DNA of 38,884 nucleotides, taken from the NCBI RefSeq assembly GCF_001194135.2, contig NC_068988.1:8937806-8976689 (forward strand), read 5' to 3'. Below the pieces are notes generated by a model. That model worked only from the letters and a program-made list of their open reading frames with translations. It was not told where the DNA came from and ran no database searches. This document shows, one piece after another, positions 23,821 through 34,340 of the stretch. Numbering within the stretch: position 1 is the stretch's first letter; every line of letters begins with the position of its first letter. This DNA is from Octopus bimaculoides (lineage: Eukaryota). A program made the translations under genes and the position numbers.

Positions 23821-24707
23821 CACACACACAGACACAGAGGAACACTCACACATGCACAGGGATACACAAGTACGCTCACACAAGAAATGTGTACCCACAT
23901 AGACATACAGGGATATACCAGCTCATATGCACATACATACATAGACACACACACACACAGAGGTACACTTACATATACAAACATATGCACACAAACACAG
24001 GGACACACAAACGCGAATACAATTACACACACACACACACACATTATGCAGGAATAATAAAAACAGGATCATCCAATCAGAATTTTTGGTTGAAATCTAA
24101 TTGTTAAAGACATTTTAAAGCATCCTTTGTAGAATTTTAATGGAATGGTAAGCTTTGTTTAATTCTAAGCATCCTGGTTGAAAATTCTATAAGCCCAAAG
24201 AGCAACCCTGTAATGATTTGATTACAAAACAGAAAAGAATGATGGAAGGGGATTTCAATATTTTTCTTTTTTTTTTATATATTTCCTTCATGTTGTATGG
24301 GAAGAAGGTTAGTAAGATTCTTGTGATATTGCGCATTTCAGGACTGACTGACCACAAGATGCAGGTTCATGTGATACTGACTCAAATGGTGTGTTTTGGG
24401 AGGGTCATTATGCCAATAGTAATAATAAACACACACACTGGTTCAATAGCACTTCTTTTTAACTAATCATTTGTTCGATGTGCTGGTTAAACAATCAATC
24501 GATTGCTTGTTTGTCAAAGTTGTTTCATCACAAATCCCAATCTCATCTATGACTTGAGCTCTCTCTCTTCAGAGATGTCTTGGGTTTTAATAACTTTATC
24601 AACTTTCTTATTTTTTAATCCCTAGATTTAAACCTAGAGATAAAATATGCTTAATTTTAGATATGAAAGAAAATGCACGCTGACGACCCTGGGGTGGGGA
24701 GGGGACT

Positions 24708-24745
24708 TTTTCAGCTGATATACCCTCCAGCCTTCATCAGGTGTC
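24708..24745 (-). ncRNA. Hammerhead-ribozyme-like core (CUGAUGA, stem II, GAAA); probably inactive in this copy
   Basis: CTGATGA at 24740-24734, a 5-bp stem GGCTG/CAGCT (one G-U pair) closing a 10-nt loop, and GAAA at 24712-24709. Stems III and I cannot be completed by the downstream sequence. Confidence 0.5.
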
Positions 24746-24806
24746 TTGGGGAAATTTTGAACCTCGGTTCTCATTCCTAAGGTATTTTTCGATATTATTA
24801 TTATTC

Positions 24807-24993
24807 ACGTAAAAGCACTCACTACACTCTCTGAGTGGTTGGCGTTAGGAAGGACATCCAGCTGTAGAAACTCTGCCAAATCAGACTGGAGCCTGGTGTT
24901 GCCATCCGGTTTCACCAGTCCTCAGTCAAATCGTCCAACCCATGCTAGCATGGAAAGCGGACGTTAAACGATGATGATGATGATGATGATGAT
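24807..24993 (+). mobile_element. Family C 3' end inserted in the (AAT)n tract of the tRNA(Asn)-headed SINE
   Basis: acgtaaaagcac...gcggacgttaaac(gat)n, with (att)n on both sides. Confidence 0.85.
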
Positions 24994-24994
24994 C

Positions 24995-25031
<37 letters not shown>

Positions 25032-25340
25032 TATCCAGGTCACTGCCTGAAATCGAACTCGGAATCTCGGGGTTAACAGCCCGCGCTCTCAACCACTACG
25101 CCATATTCCCAAATTTATGACAGAAAAATCAGATCTTGTAAATTTTTCAAAAGTCAACACCCACCACCCCCAAGGTCGTCAACATGCATTTTTTTTTCAT
25201 ATTTGTTTTCCACACACTTGTTAATACCTCCACCCAGGTTGGTTAATTTTTTTTTTGTTCCTGAGTGAGGATTTTTATATTGACCAGAAAAAAAAAAAAA
25301 AAAGATGAAAATCACAAGAAAAGTAGAAGAATTCACTTAC

Positions 25341-25603
25341 TGTGCAACATGGGATCCATTCCAACAGTGTGTAGGAGACTGCGAGACATTGAAGTCAACG
25401 CAGATGGAACTGGTTATATTGCGGTAAACTCCATGGATATTGAGCAATGACAAAAGAAGCTGGGTGGCTTGGTCTTTGAGACTGATGGAAGACACTGGCT
25501 CCTGGTCACTGATCAACATTTTATTGTTGGGCACCAATGGGGATTGAACTGAAACTTTTTGATTCTCCGGTGCAGATCCAGTTTCTTTGCAGGTCACCAG
25601 AAT
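25341..25603 (-). CDS. GPC5: Internal coding exon of a glypican (GPC3/GPC5/Dally subfamily), 263 bp, phase 0 start and phase 2 end
   Basis: The minus strand has an acceptor (..tttccttgttgttacAG, AG at 25605-25604) and a donor (CA|GTAAGTG, GT at 25340-25339). The frame is open: ILVTCKETGSAPENQKVSVQSPLVPNNKMLISDQEPVSSISLKDQATQLLLSLLNIHGVYRNITSSICVDFNVSQSPTHCWNGSHVA. The I-x-x-x-C start, the Y-x6-IC motif and CWNG match the glypican C-lobe (GPC3 IGKLC...FYSALPGYIC...CWNGQELVERY; GPC5 FYGGLADQLC...CWNGEDIV). The other two frames hit stops. The symbol is valid at subfamily level only. Confidence 0.88.
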
Positions 25604-25646
25604 CTGTAACAACAAGGAAATAGAAACGAAAATTAAAATTCCTTAA

Positions 25647-26272
25647 ATCTTTAGTATTCAGATTATTTTGTCAAGTGTAACGCTTATTTATTCCTGAGAC
25701 CAAGTGAGTCAAGTACATCAACATCAACATTAACAGCAATATCAAAATCAAATCAAATGGAAATTGTAGTTGTGAGCCCTGTGCTGGTAGCATGTAAAAA
25801 GCACCATCCGAATGTGGCTGATGCTAGTGTCGTTTTCACTAGCTTCCGTGGCATGTAAAAAGCACGATCCAATCGCGGTTGATGCCAGCTCCTTCGGCCC
25901 CTGTGCCAGTGGCACATAAAAAGCACCCACTACACTCTTGGAGTGGTTGGCGTTTGGAAGGGCATCCAGTTGTAGAAACTCTGCCAGATCAGATTGGGGC
26001 CTGGTGCAGCCTTCTGGCTTCCCAGACCTCAGTTGAACCGTCCAACCCATGCCAGCATGGAAAACCGACGTTAAACGATGATGATGATTATGATGATGTT
26101 GATTTAAATAACTCATGCATTATCTTGGAGCTTTGAGATTTTGATGGTGTTATTGTTTATTTTTAGCATGGCATTGTAGGATTAATGTAAGAGGCCAGAT
26201 CCAGTCAATTTGAATGTAAAACAGGTAGAATATTTTTTAGGCTGGATATGGCCGGTTTAAATGCCAAAGTTC
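25647..26272. mobile_element. Same MITE, split by an RTE-type 3' end inserted at about 25696-26098
   Basis: The 5' part ttaa-atctttagtattcagatt...gcttatttattc (25643-25695) resumes at about 26100 (aataactcatgcattatc...ggatatggccggtttaaatgccaaag). Confidence 0.7.
25696..26098 (+). mobile_element. Long family C copy (probable RTE LINE 3' UTR) with three tandem hairpin modules
   Basis: gcatgtaaaaagcacc, gcatgtaaaaagcacg and gcacataaaaagcacc occur about 60-65 nt apart, then the conserved 3' end and (gat)n. Confidence 0.8.
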
Positions 26273-26392
26273 TTCAGAATTATAGTAATTTTTGGTAAGT
26301 AATATTAAATGTCAAATTGTAAAATTACATTTTTTTAATAAAAAGATAATTAAAACATCCATTTTATGACAAGAGATAAACGCTTCCTGTCT

Positions 26393-26948
26393 CTTTTAGC
26401 ATTCAGTGTGTTCTGCCAAATGTAATGCTTGGTTCTCTCTTTCTTTTATTCTTTTACATGTTTCAGTCATGCTGGAGCACCGCCTTTAGTCGAACAAATC
26501 AACTCCAGGACTTATTCTCTGTAAGCCTAGTGCTTATTCTATTGGTTTCTTTTGCTGAACCGCTAGGTTTACAGGGACATAAACACACCAAAATTGGATG
26601 TCAAGCGATGGTAGGGGGATAAACGCAGGCACACAAATACACACACACACATATATACATATATATATATATATATCCACTCACAAGGCTTTGTTCAGCT
26701 CGAGGCTATAGTAGAAGACACTTGACCAAGGTGCCACACTGTGGGACTGAACCCGGAACCTTGTGGTTGAGAAGCAAGTTTCTTCCCACACAGCCACGTC
26801 GAATTGCTTTGAATTAATCATGCATTATCTCATAGCTTTGAGATTTCAATGATGTGATTGTTTATTTTAAGAATGACATTATAGGGTAGGGTTAGAGAGG
26901 GGTCAGATCTGGCCAGTGTGGACACAAAATACGTAAAATATTTGGGCC
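26393..26948. mobile_element. Same MITE, split by a family-A SINE (26435-26798)
   Basis: ttttagcattcag...tgtaatgctt (26393-26430) resumes at 26801 (gaattaatcatgcattatctc...gatctggccag). Confidence 0.7.
26435..26798 (-). mobile_element. Family A SINE inserted in a MITE
   Basis: Reverse-complement head, CORE segment and tail, with a small internal deletion. Confidence 0.85.
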
Positions 26949-27043
26949 GTGTGGTTAACAAGTTCACTTCCCAATCATACGATTTCAGGTTCAGTTCCAT
27001 CATGCAGCACCTTGTTCAAATATCGTGGCTGTGTGGTAAGAAA
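26949..27043 (+). mobile_element. Two short family A-like head fragments
   Basis: gtgtggttaacaag...ggttcagttcc...gcaccttg; tggctgtgtggtaagaa. Confidence 0.55.
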
Positions 27044-27984
27044 ATTCCAGCCTTTTAAATGGTCTTTCTACTCAAGAAGCTGGTTTTATTATCAAACAAT
27101 TCATTTTCTCAATTTCAATATTTCTATCTGTATCTTTTGGTCAGAATGGAAGGTATTGATACCAAAACAAATCAGAGAAATGAAAGAATATGCAGTTCCC
27201 AGATCAAGTTCTTAGATCGAATCCTTCCATGTGGTCAGATGAAGAATCCTTTTTTCTTGAACCTCAAGAAAATGAAGTTCATCTCAAAAACCTAATGAAT
27301 ACCATCTTCAAAAATCATTACCAAAAATTGGTTTTCCTTCACTGCTGATGGATTAGGAAGTGATCAATAACTTATACAAGACCTCATTAATATTTTAGAT
27401 TTTGTCTGTCTCAGAATGCCAGACTTGTACCATTTCCAAATTACATAGTTTGCAATCAGAGAAAATAATGTTAATATTTCTATTTTAGAGAACTTAGAGA
27501 TATCATTATGAGACTAAAAGACTGGAACTAGTTTGTGTAGAATTTTTGTTGATACCTTTTCTGAAGACAAAATTACATGATTTCCTCTTTTTTTTTTATA
27601 TATATAATTTTGCCAAGTTTTTTTTTATCTCCTTATAGTTTCTTACACGATATCAGTCTAAGACTATAGACAGTCAACGAATGCAGACCAAGAATTCTTG
27701 CAACAGCTACAAAAGCACAAAATGTCCTAATCATCATCATTTTAATATTTATCATGTTTAAGCTGGTAGAATCATTCACAAAGCCAGAGCAAAATGCTTA
27801 GCGGCATTTTGGCTGTTTTTATGTCCTGAATTTCCTTTCCATGAGATTGCAGGCTTTGTGCTCAAATTTGAAACTAATAGATATCATGCTTGCATTAGTC
27901 AGATTTCCTTTGGTCAGATGCTCTTCCTGTCACCAACCTTTACAAGGAAAAAAGGGAGGTAATAACTTGCCAGTATGCTGAGCA

Positions 27985-28255
27985 ATAAAATCCCCCACCA
28001 TCGCTTGAGAACCAATGTTGGTGTGTTTACATCCCCGTAAATTAGAGATTTGGTAAAAGAGACCAATGGAACAAGTATTGAGCTTACAAAGAATAGTCCT
28101 GGGGTTGATTTGTTCAACTAAAAGCAGTGCTCCAGCATGGCCACAATCAAATGACTGAAACAAGTGAAAGAATAAAAGCATGATGGACTTGCTCAGTTTT
28201 TGCTTGCCAGATACACTCACGAGGTTTTGCTCAGCCTAGGGTTAAAGGGACTATT
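27985..28255. mobile_element. Family A 3' half (+, 27985-28180) and a short minus fragment
   Basis: ccatcgcttgagaacc...ccagcatggccacaatcaaatgactgaaacaag. Confidence 0.7.
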
Positions 28256-29165
28256 GTGATGATGGCAAAAAGGTCAATGATGATTGTAGTGGTTGTGGCG
28301 GTAGTGGTGGTGATAGTCGTAATTGTAGAGAAGGGGGTGGTTGTAAGAACACACAGACACACACACACACACACATGCACTGTGTCCCCTCTACACCAGC
28401 CCTGTTCGTTTCAGACGAAGAGCCCAAACAAGTTTACAGTAGCAACTTGTTTGTCATTTTACCTTCAATCTCAGCTCCCTCCACCCCCCCGACTGTCCAC
28501 AATTTTTAACCCCAAACTTGTTTCAAACATAGGCCTTGATGTATACAGACAGGTTTCCTTCCTGCTGGGGTGAGAGACAAGGGTGTGTGTGTGTGTGTGT
28601 GTGTGTATATGAGGGGCATTGTGTCTGTGCAAAGGACGAATGTGTGCGTAAGCAGTGAGCTAAGATATCGTTACATGTTCCGCAGTTTAATATAATAAAT
28701 GTACTTTCTGACACAACACACTTCACTGACATCGTAAAATACAGTAAAAACCAAAAAACAAAAAAAAAACAAAAAAAACACGCAAATATATTTGTATATA
28801 AAACACTTCCGTTCTATTCTCCACCTACAATAAGTGTTCCCCAAAGACTTCAAGAAAAAACAGAACATAACAAAAAGAAAATAAAAGCGAAAAATAATAA
28901 AATAATAAGATTAAAACTTCATTTCATGAAAAGAAAGAATCAACATGTTTCTTCAGGATTCCACCATTCCAAAGACTGTGAAACCCTCAAAATGTGATCT
29001 TTTTATAATAACATCACCAAATATGTGATGTAAAAATAACAGGAAATGAAGCAAAGTTGTTTTTGGGGAGTTCAAAGGTAAATCTATCTATGCGAAGGTG
29101 TGTATGTAAGTATTATATATGTGTGTGTGTGTGTGTAAATATGTATATATATATATATATGTATA

Positions 29166-29330
29166 AATACAGGAGTGGTTGTGTGGTAAGTAGCTTGCTT
29201 CCCAACCACATGGTTCCGGGTTCAGTCCCACTGCGTCGCACCTTGGGCAAGTGTCTTCTACTATAGCCTCGGGCTGACCAAAGCCTTCTAAGTGGCTTTG
29301 GTAAATGGAAATTGAAAGAAGCCCGTCGTA

Positions 29331-29373
<43 letters not shown>

Positions 29374-29580
29374 ATGTGTGTGTAAATGTTTGTCCCCCCA
29401 CCATCGCTTGACAACCGATGGTGGTGTGTTTATGTCCCCGTAACTTAGCGGTTCGGCAAAAAGAGACCGATAGAGTAAGTACTAAGCTTACAAAGAATAA
29501 GTCCTGGGGTCGATTTGCTCGACTAAAGGCGGTACTCCAGCATGGCCGCAGTGAAAATGACTGAAACAAGTAAAAGAGTA
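29166..29580 (+). mobile_element. Family A SINE, full length, close to the shared sequence of the copies
   Basis: Complete head, CORE segment, microsatellite and tail. Confidence 0.9.
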
Positions 29581-29604
29581 ATAATAATAATTACAACAAC
29601 AACG

Positions 29605-30410
29605 GTTTCAAATTTTGGCATAAAGCCAGCAATATTTTTGCTTTTCAGGAGAGGAGGAAGTCAGCTATATTGGGACTCCAGTATTTTACTGGTACTTGTT
29701 TTATTGACCCTGAAAGGCAAAGATCACCTTGGTGAGATTTGAACTCAGATGGACAAAATACTGGTAAGCAGTTTGTCCAGTGTGGTAACGATTCCACCAG
29801 CTTGCCGCCTTAAATGATAATAATGATGATGATGATGACGATGATGATGACGATGATGATGACGATGATGATGACGATGATGATGACGATGATGATGACG
29901 ATGATGATGGTGGTTTCAAATCTTGGGAGAAAGCCAGCAAGTTTGGGGAAGGGATTAGCTGATTACATCAACCTTAGTGCTGAAATGGTACTTGTCTTAT
30001 CGATCCTGAAAGGATGAAAGGCAAAGTCTACCTTGGCGGGATTTGAACTCACAATGTAAAGACAGAAGAAAGACTGTTAGGCATTCTGTGCTGTGCAGTA
30101 ATGATTCTGCCAGCTCACCATCTTAAATACTACTACTACTACTACTACTACTACTACAACTACTACTACTAATAATAATAACAATAATAATAATAATGAT
30201 AATAGTTCAAATTTTGCAACAAGGCAGCCATTTTGGAGGAGGGGATGAGTCAATTACATTGGCCCCAATGTTCAACTGGTACTTAATTTATTGACCCCCA
30301 AAAGGATGAAAGTCAAAGTCGACCTCTGTGGAATTTGAACTCAGAATGTAGTGACGGGCAAAATGCCACTAAACAAGCATTTCGCCAGGCGTGCTAACAA
30401 TTCTGCCAGC
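29605..30410 (-). mobile_element. Three tandem family B SINEs (29605-29814, 29911-30125, 30204-30410) separated by trinucleotide tails
   Basis: Each copy has gaatttgaactc and a Meta-like segment. The spacers are (GAT/GAC)n and (ACT)(AAT)n. Confidence 0.8.
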
Positions 30411-30994
30411 AACAATGATTATAATAACAATGATGATTATGATAAATACAAATTATCAACGGCAACAAAGAGAAATAATGAAAAAGTTAAGTTGCAGAGG
30501 ATAAGGGTTTTGTCTCTCCATCTCTCTCCCCTGGTATAAAACTCAAAACAAACAGCTGTTGTGAAGAAAAACATATACGAAAACTGAAAACTATATTTAC
30601 TCGTTACACTGATATGACCTAAATATTAGCAGACATTTTGGCAGTTAAGGAGGTGCTTAGCTGGCATCAATAGTAATAAAGGTTTCCTTTCTTGGTTAAC
30701 CTACAGAATAACATATGTTGGAACCAAATAGTTGAGAGAATAGCCAAGATATTGCTTGCTATTACTGCCTGGTTTCCTCTCCTTACCATTAATTTCTGAA
30801 TAATTTTTGGGAAGGAGTGATGGAAGCAAAGCATAGAATAGGGTTGGTTATGAGCCAATGAGCAAGAGTGTGAGTGAGAGATGAGGGAGCACTTGAGGGT
30901 AGGTATGAGGGAGTGCCCATGTGACTGGAGTCTGGATTTAGATAGTTGTTTGACCTAGTAAAAGTAGCAGCCAATTCCCAGAATCGTTCCTTGT

Positions 30995-31425
30995 ATAATA
31001 TAATCCAAGATACATTTTGTTCCCCAATAAATAAATAAACAGGCAAGATGGTCGTGGCTGGAAATCTTTTGTTTATAGGCTTTTGTTATGTGTGGGTATG
31101 TGTGTCTACATAATAGCATAACCTGCAACAATTCTTTTTCAGAATCGCACGAATGATTTGAAAACAAGGAAGGACACATTGAACAACATGCCCTTAATAC
31201 ACTATGTTCTGAATAAACAGATGGGGTGGCCATCGCTGGAAGCTTTTTGTTTATAGGCTTCTGTGTGCATGCATGCATGCATATGTATATAGTAGATTGA
31301 CCTACAAGATTTAGTAGCTAATTCTTTCTCAGATATCAGACATTGGATAACGTAATCAGAAACACATTATGTTCCAAATAAACAGATGGAATGGTCATTG
31401 CTAAGAGGCTTTTGTTCATTCACAG
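30995..31425. repeat. Diverged triplication, period about 165-180 bp
   Basis: aataaacag..atgg..g(c/t)c..(c/t)gct..a.(c/g)cttttgttt recurs near 31034, 31212 and 31377. Each is preceded by acatt/acact..tgtt(c). Confidence 0.55.
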
Positions 31426-32037
31426 ACCTGGGGCAAAAACAACAATAAGGACATAATTGCTAATATTTTCTCATATTTTGTTCTATTTTTTTAAAACACA
31501 AACAAAAAGTTGAGAGCAACAACAACTACAACAAAAGGACTTGCTATTATAGTACCAAGACCTTAAGGTTATGTTAACAGCACAAAGGACAAATAAGGAG
31601 CTAAGGGAAATAATTTAAATAGATTAATAACACAAATTTAGATAATTAATTTAAAGGGTTATGTACTAGGTTTTTTAATTAGTTGAAATTTGCTTCTTAA
31701 TTAGAGGAAGAAGAAACAAAGAGAATGTGAAGTAGTATTGTTTAAATGTTGAAGTTATCAAGTGTAAATGCAGTCAAGCTTTCAGATATGGAAGTGGCCA
31801 TGAAAGGCAGAAAGGTGCCTGAAAAGGGATGGGTTAGCATCAAGTGACCCTAAAAGAAAAAAGGGGCGGGGGGAAGGGGGAAAACTGATGAATATACACT
31901 GATCTGATCATCCACTAATCAACCAAAAACCTGGGGGAAGCAAGCTTAACAGGCAACAGGCCAACAATTACAAGAGTAACTGAAGCAATGACTACAACAT
32001 AAAAAAAAAAAAAGGTTGCTCTGACATGCTTCATGCT

Positions 32038-32197
32038 TCTCTCTCTTTTACTTGTTTCAGTCATTTGACTGTGGCCATGCTGGAGCACCGTCTTTTAGTC
32101 GAGCTAATCGACCCCCAGGACTTATTTTTTGTAAGCCTAGAACTTATTCTATCGGTCTCTTTAGCCGAACCGTTAAGTTACGGAGACATAAACACAC
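32038..32197 (-). mobile_element. Family A SINE 3' half running into a gap
   Basis: ttacttgtttcagtcatttgactgtggccatgctggagcacc... Confidence 0.8.
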
Positions 32198-32418
32198 NNN
32201 NNNNNNNNNNNNNNNNNNNNNNNNNNNNNNNNNNNNNNNNNNNNNNNNNNNNNNNNNNNNNNNNNNNNNNNNNNNNNNNNNNNNNNNNNNNNNNNNNNNN
32301 NNNNNNNNNNNNNNNNNNNNNNNNNNNNNNNNNNNNNNNNNNNNNNNNNNNNNNNNNNNNNNNNNNNNNNNNNNNNNNNNNNNNNNNNNNNNNNNNNNNN
32401 NNNNNNNNNNNNNNNNNN

Positions 32419-32459
<41 letters not shown>

Positions 32460-33549
32460 TTACACACACACACACACAAACACATATAATACTTACATAC
32501 ACACCTCAGCAAAGATAAATTTACCTTGAATGGGTATATTCTTTTCTAAGTTTAAGCTTGGTGCCCCCAAATTTGGGGATTTGGGCAGTGAATTCAGGTC
32601 AGTATATTCACCAGCCTGTTCCTCATTTCATTTTTAAGGGTACCTTCATTGCAACTTATTAGGGGTACTTTTCTGCTGTCCATCGTCTCCTCCAACCAAA
32701 AGGCTCGACTGAATTTGTATTTCATAACTCAGGCATTTAAACAAAACCATTTTTGCTGGTTTTCTTTCTCTAACTAAGAGGAAAAGTTGCATACATTACA
32801 TGTTAAGGATGGATGAGAGCATGAATTTTGCAACAGGATGCTCTTCTGATCAGCAACCAATTGACAAATAGGATTGGATGCATCATAGCACACCTTGAAC
32901 TTACGAGGTGACATAAGAACCTTGTTTGTGTATTCATTTTTATATGTTTTCTTGTTTTTTTTCTTTCCAGAGTTACCATTTTTCCTAGACAGGTTGTCTG
33001 CACTACCTGCAGCTTGGTGGAGTTGACATCTCTTCTGTTTGTTTGTTCCTTTTTATTTTTTTAATAGCATGACATTATGAAGTGCAAACACACAGTTTCA
33101 AGAAGGTATTCATGACATCTGTGTAGATGCGATTATTTTGATGTTAGAATTACAAATCTTAGCACCGGCAATTTGGCGTTGTTCCTGCTTCCCATAGAGT
33201 TGCCAGACAGAAGGATTAAACTCCTCTGAAAGGAATCATTCAAACAGATAATATAGGAATATGGTAAGATGGGAATAACTTGCAGCCTTGAGGAACAGAC
33301 AAGCATCCAAATGAAACACAAATATATTGGAACCATTCCAAGCATTACACTGCACTGTGTTGCATCAACACACACACACAACAGAGGCTATAATAAGTCT
33401 AGGATGCCATACATCAATACTTCATCATTTCTACAAAGTTGCTTGCGTCAACAAACAGCAACATGGCATTTAAATGAAAATTGTATATCTCTTATGATAC
33501 ATAGCTTATGTGAATAGGGTATTTCTGTTACAATCATTTCAGGTTTTGT

Positions 33550-33768
33550 CCCTTTAGCATTTAAACTGGCCTCGTCTGGCCCGAATATGTGACCCGTGTT
33601 ATGTTCAAACCAACCAGATCCAACATCTCACACCTGCCCTACAATGCCATTCTATAAATGAACAATCACATTGTTGATGTCTCAAAGCTGTGAGATAATC
33701 CATGATCAATTCAAAACAATGTGAATAAATAAGTATTACATTTGAAGGATAATCTGAATGCTAAATGG
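33550..33768. mobile_element. Complete 219-bp piggyBac-like MITE
   Basis: TIRs CCCTTTAGCATT (33550-33561) and AATGCTAAATGG (33757-33768, 1 mismatch). The right flank is ttat (TTAA-like). The body is the reverse complement of the copies near 21165, 25647 and 26393. Confidence 0.75.
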
Positions 33769-33989
33769 TTATATAAAGGTGACATACCTGTTATGACTGC
33801 CACAACACCTGTATGAATAATCATATCTATTATGAAGGTGATACAGTTTATATGGAAGTCATATGACTTATGACTGTTACAGTGCTTGTATTAATGACTT
33901 ATCTGTCTTAGGACAATAGTAGTGTCGGTATGACGGTCACATCTCTGGTGTTATTTGGTTTCTAAGTGAAACCAAAAATGAACAGGATC

Positions 33990-34340
33990 ACTTGTATATA
34001 AATGTATATGCATACGCAAACATACAAACATATACCTATATACAAATACATGCATACATATACATATATATATATATATACATACATATACATATATACA
34101 TATACATATACGTATATGCATATATACACATACATAAATATGCATATATATATACGCATATATACATATACACATGCATACATATACGCATGCATACATA
34201 TATATGCATATATACACATATACGCATACATATACATATATACACATACATATCTTATATATCTATCTATCTATCTATCTGTCTATCTTTATATATATTA
34301 TATATACACACACACACACATACATTAGTATATGAAATAT
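33990..34340. repeat. (TA)/(CA)/(TATC) compound tract
   Basis: Direct reading. Confidence 0.9.

Larger units (their letters stand above)
24701..25110 (-). mobile_element. tRNA(Asn)-like-headed SINE with an internal (AAT)n tract and a Penelope-like, hammerhead-like 3' part; split by an RTE-type insertion
   Basis: Head 25110-25035: box A TGGCGTAGTGG, loop CTGTTAA, box B GAGTTCGATTTC. Then (TAA)n. The body 24806-24701 ends ..CAAGACAC-CTGATGA-A-GGCTG-gagggtatat-CAGCT-GAAA. Confidence 0.7.

Noticed and set aside
25035-25110. Functional tRNA-Asn gene
   Set aside because: The anticodon stem pairs only 3 bp and the acceptor stem does not form. It is a SINE head.
25770-25960. Family C modules as pistol or twister ribozymes
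   Set aside because: The hairpin loop is too short for the pistol pseudoknot, and the conserved twister residues and pseudoknots are not found.
30787-30955. Minus-strand donor ATG|GTAAGG at 30787/30786 with an open frame ending QKLM, as a possible upstream glypican exon
   Set aside because: The frame has none of the Cys/Trp pattern expected (C..C.NV..GC, W) and hits a stop at about 30955.
32774-33052. 92-codon stop-free frame on the minus strand (KGTNK...KVCYDASNPIC...)
   Set aside because: It has no recognisable homology, no convincing splice pair and no early start. A few such frames are expected by chance in six frames of this much unique DNA.
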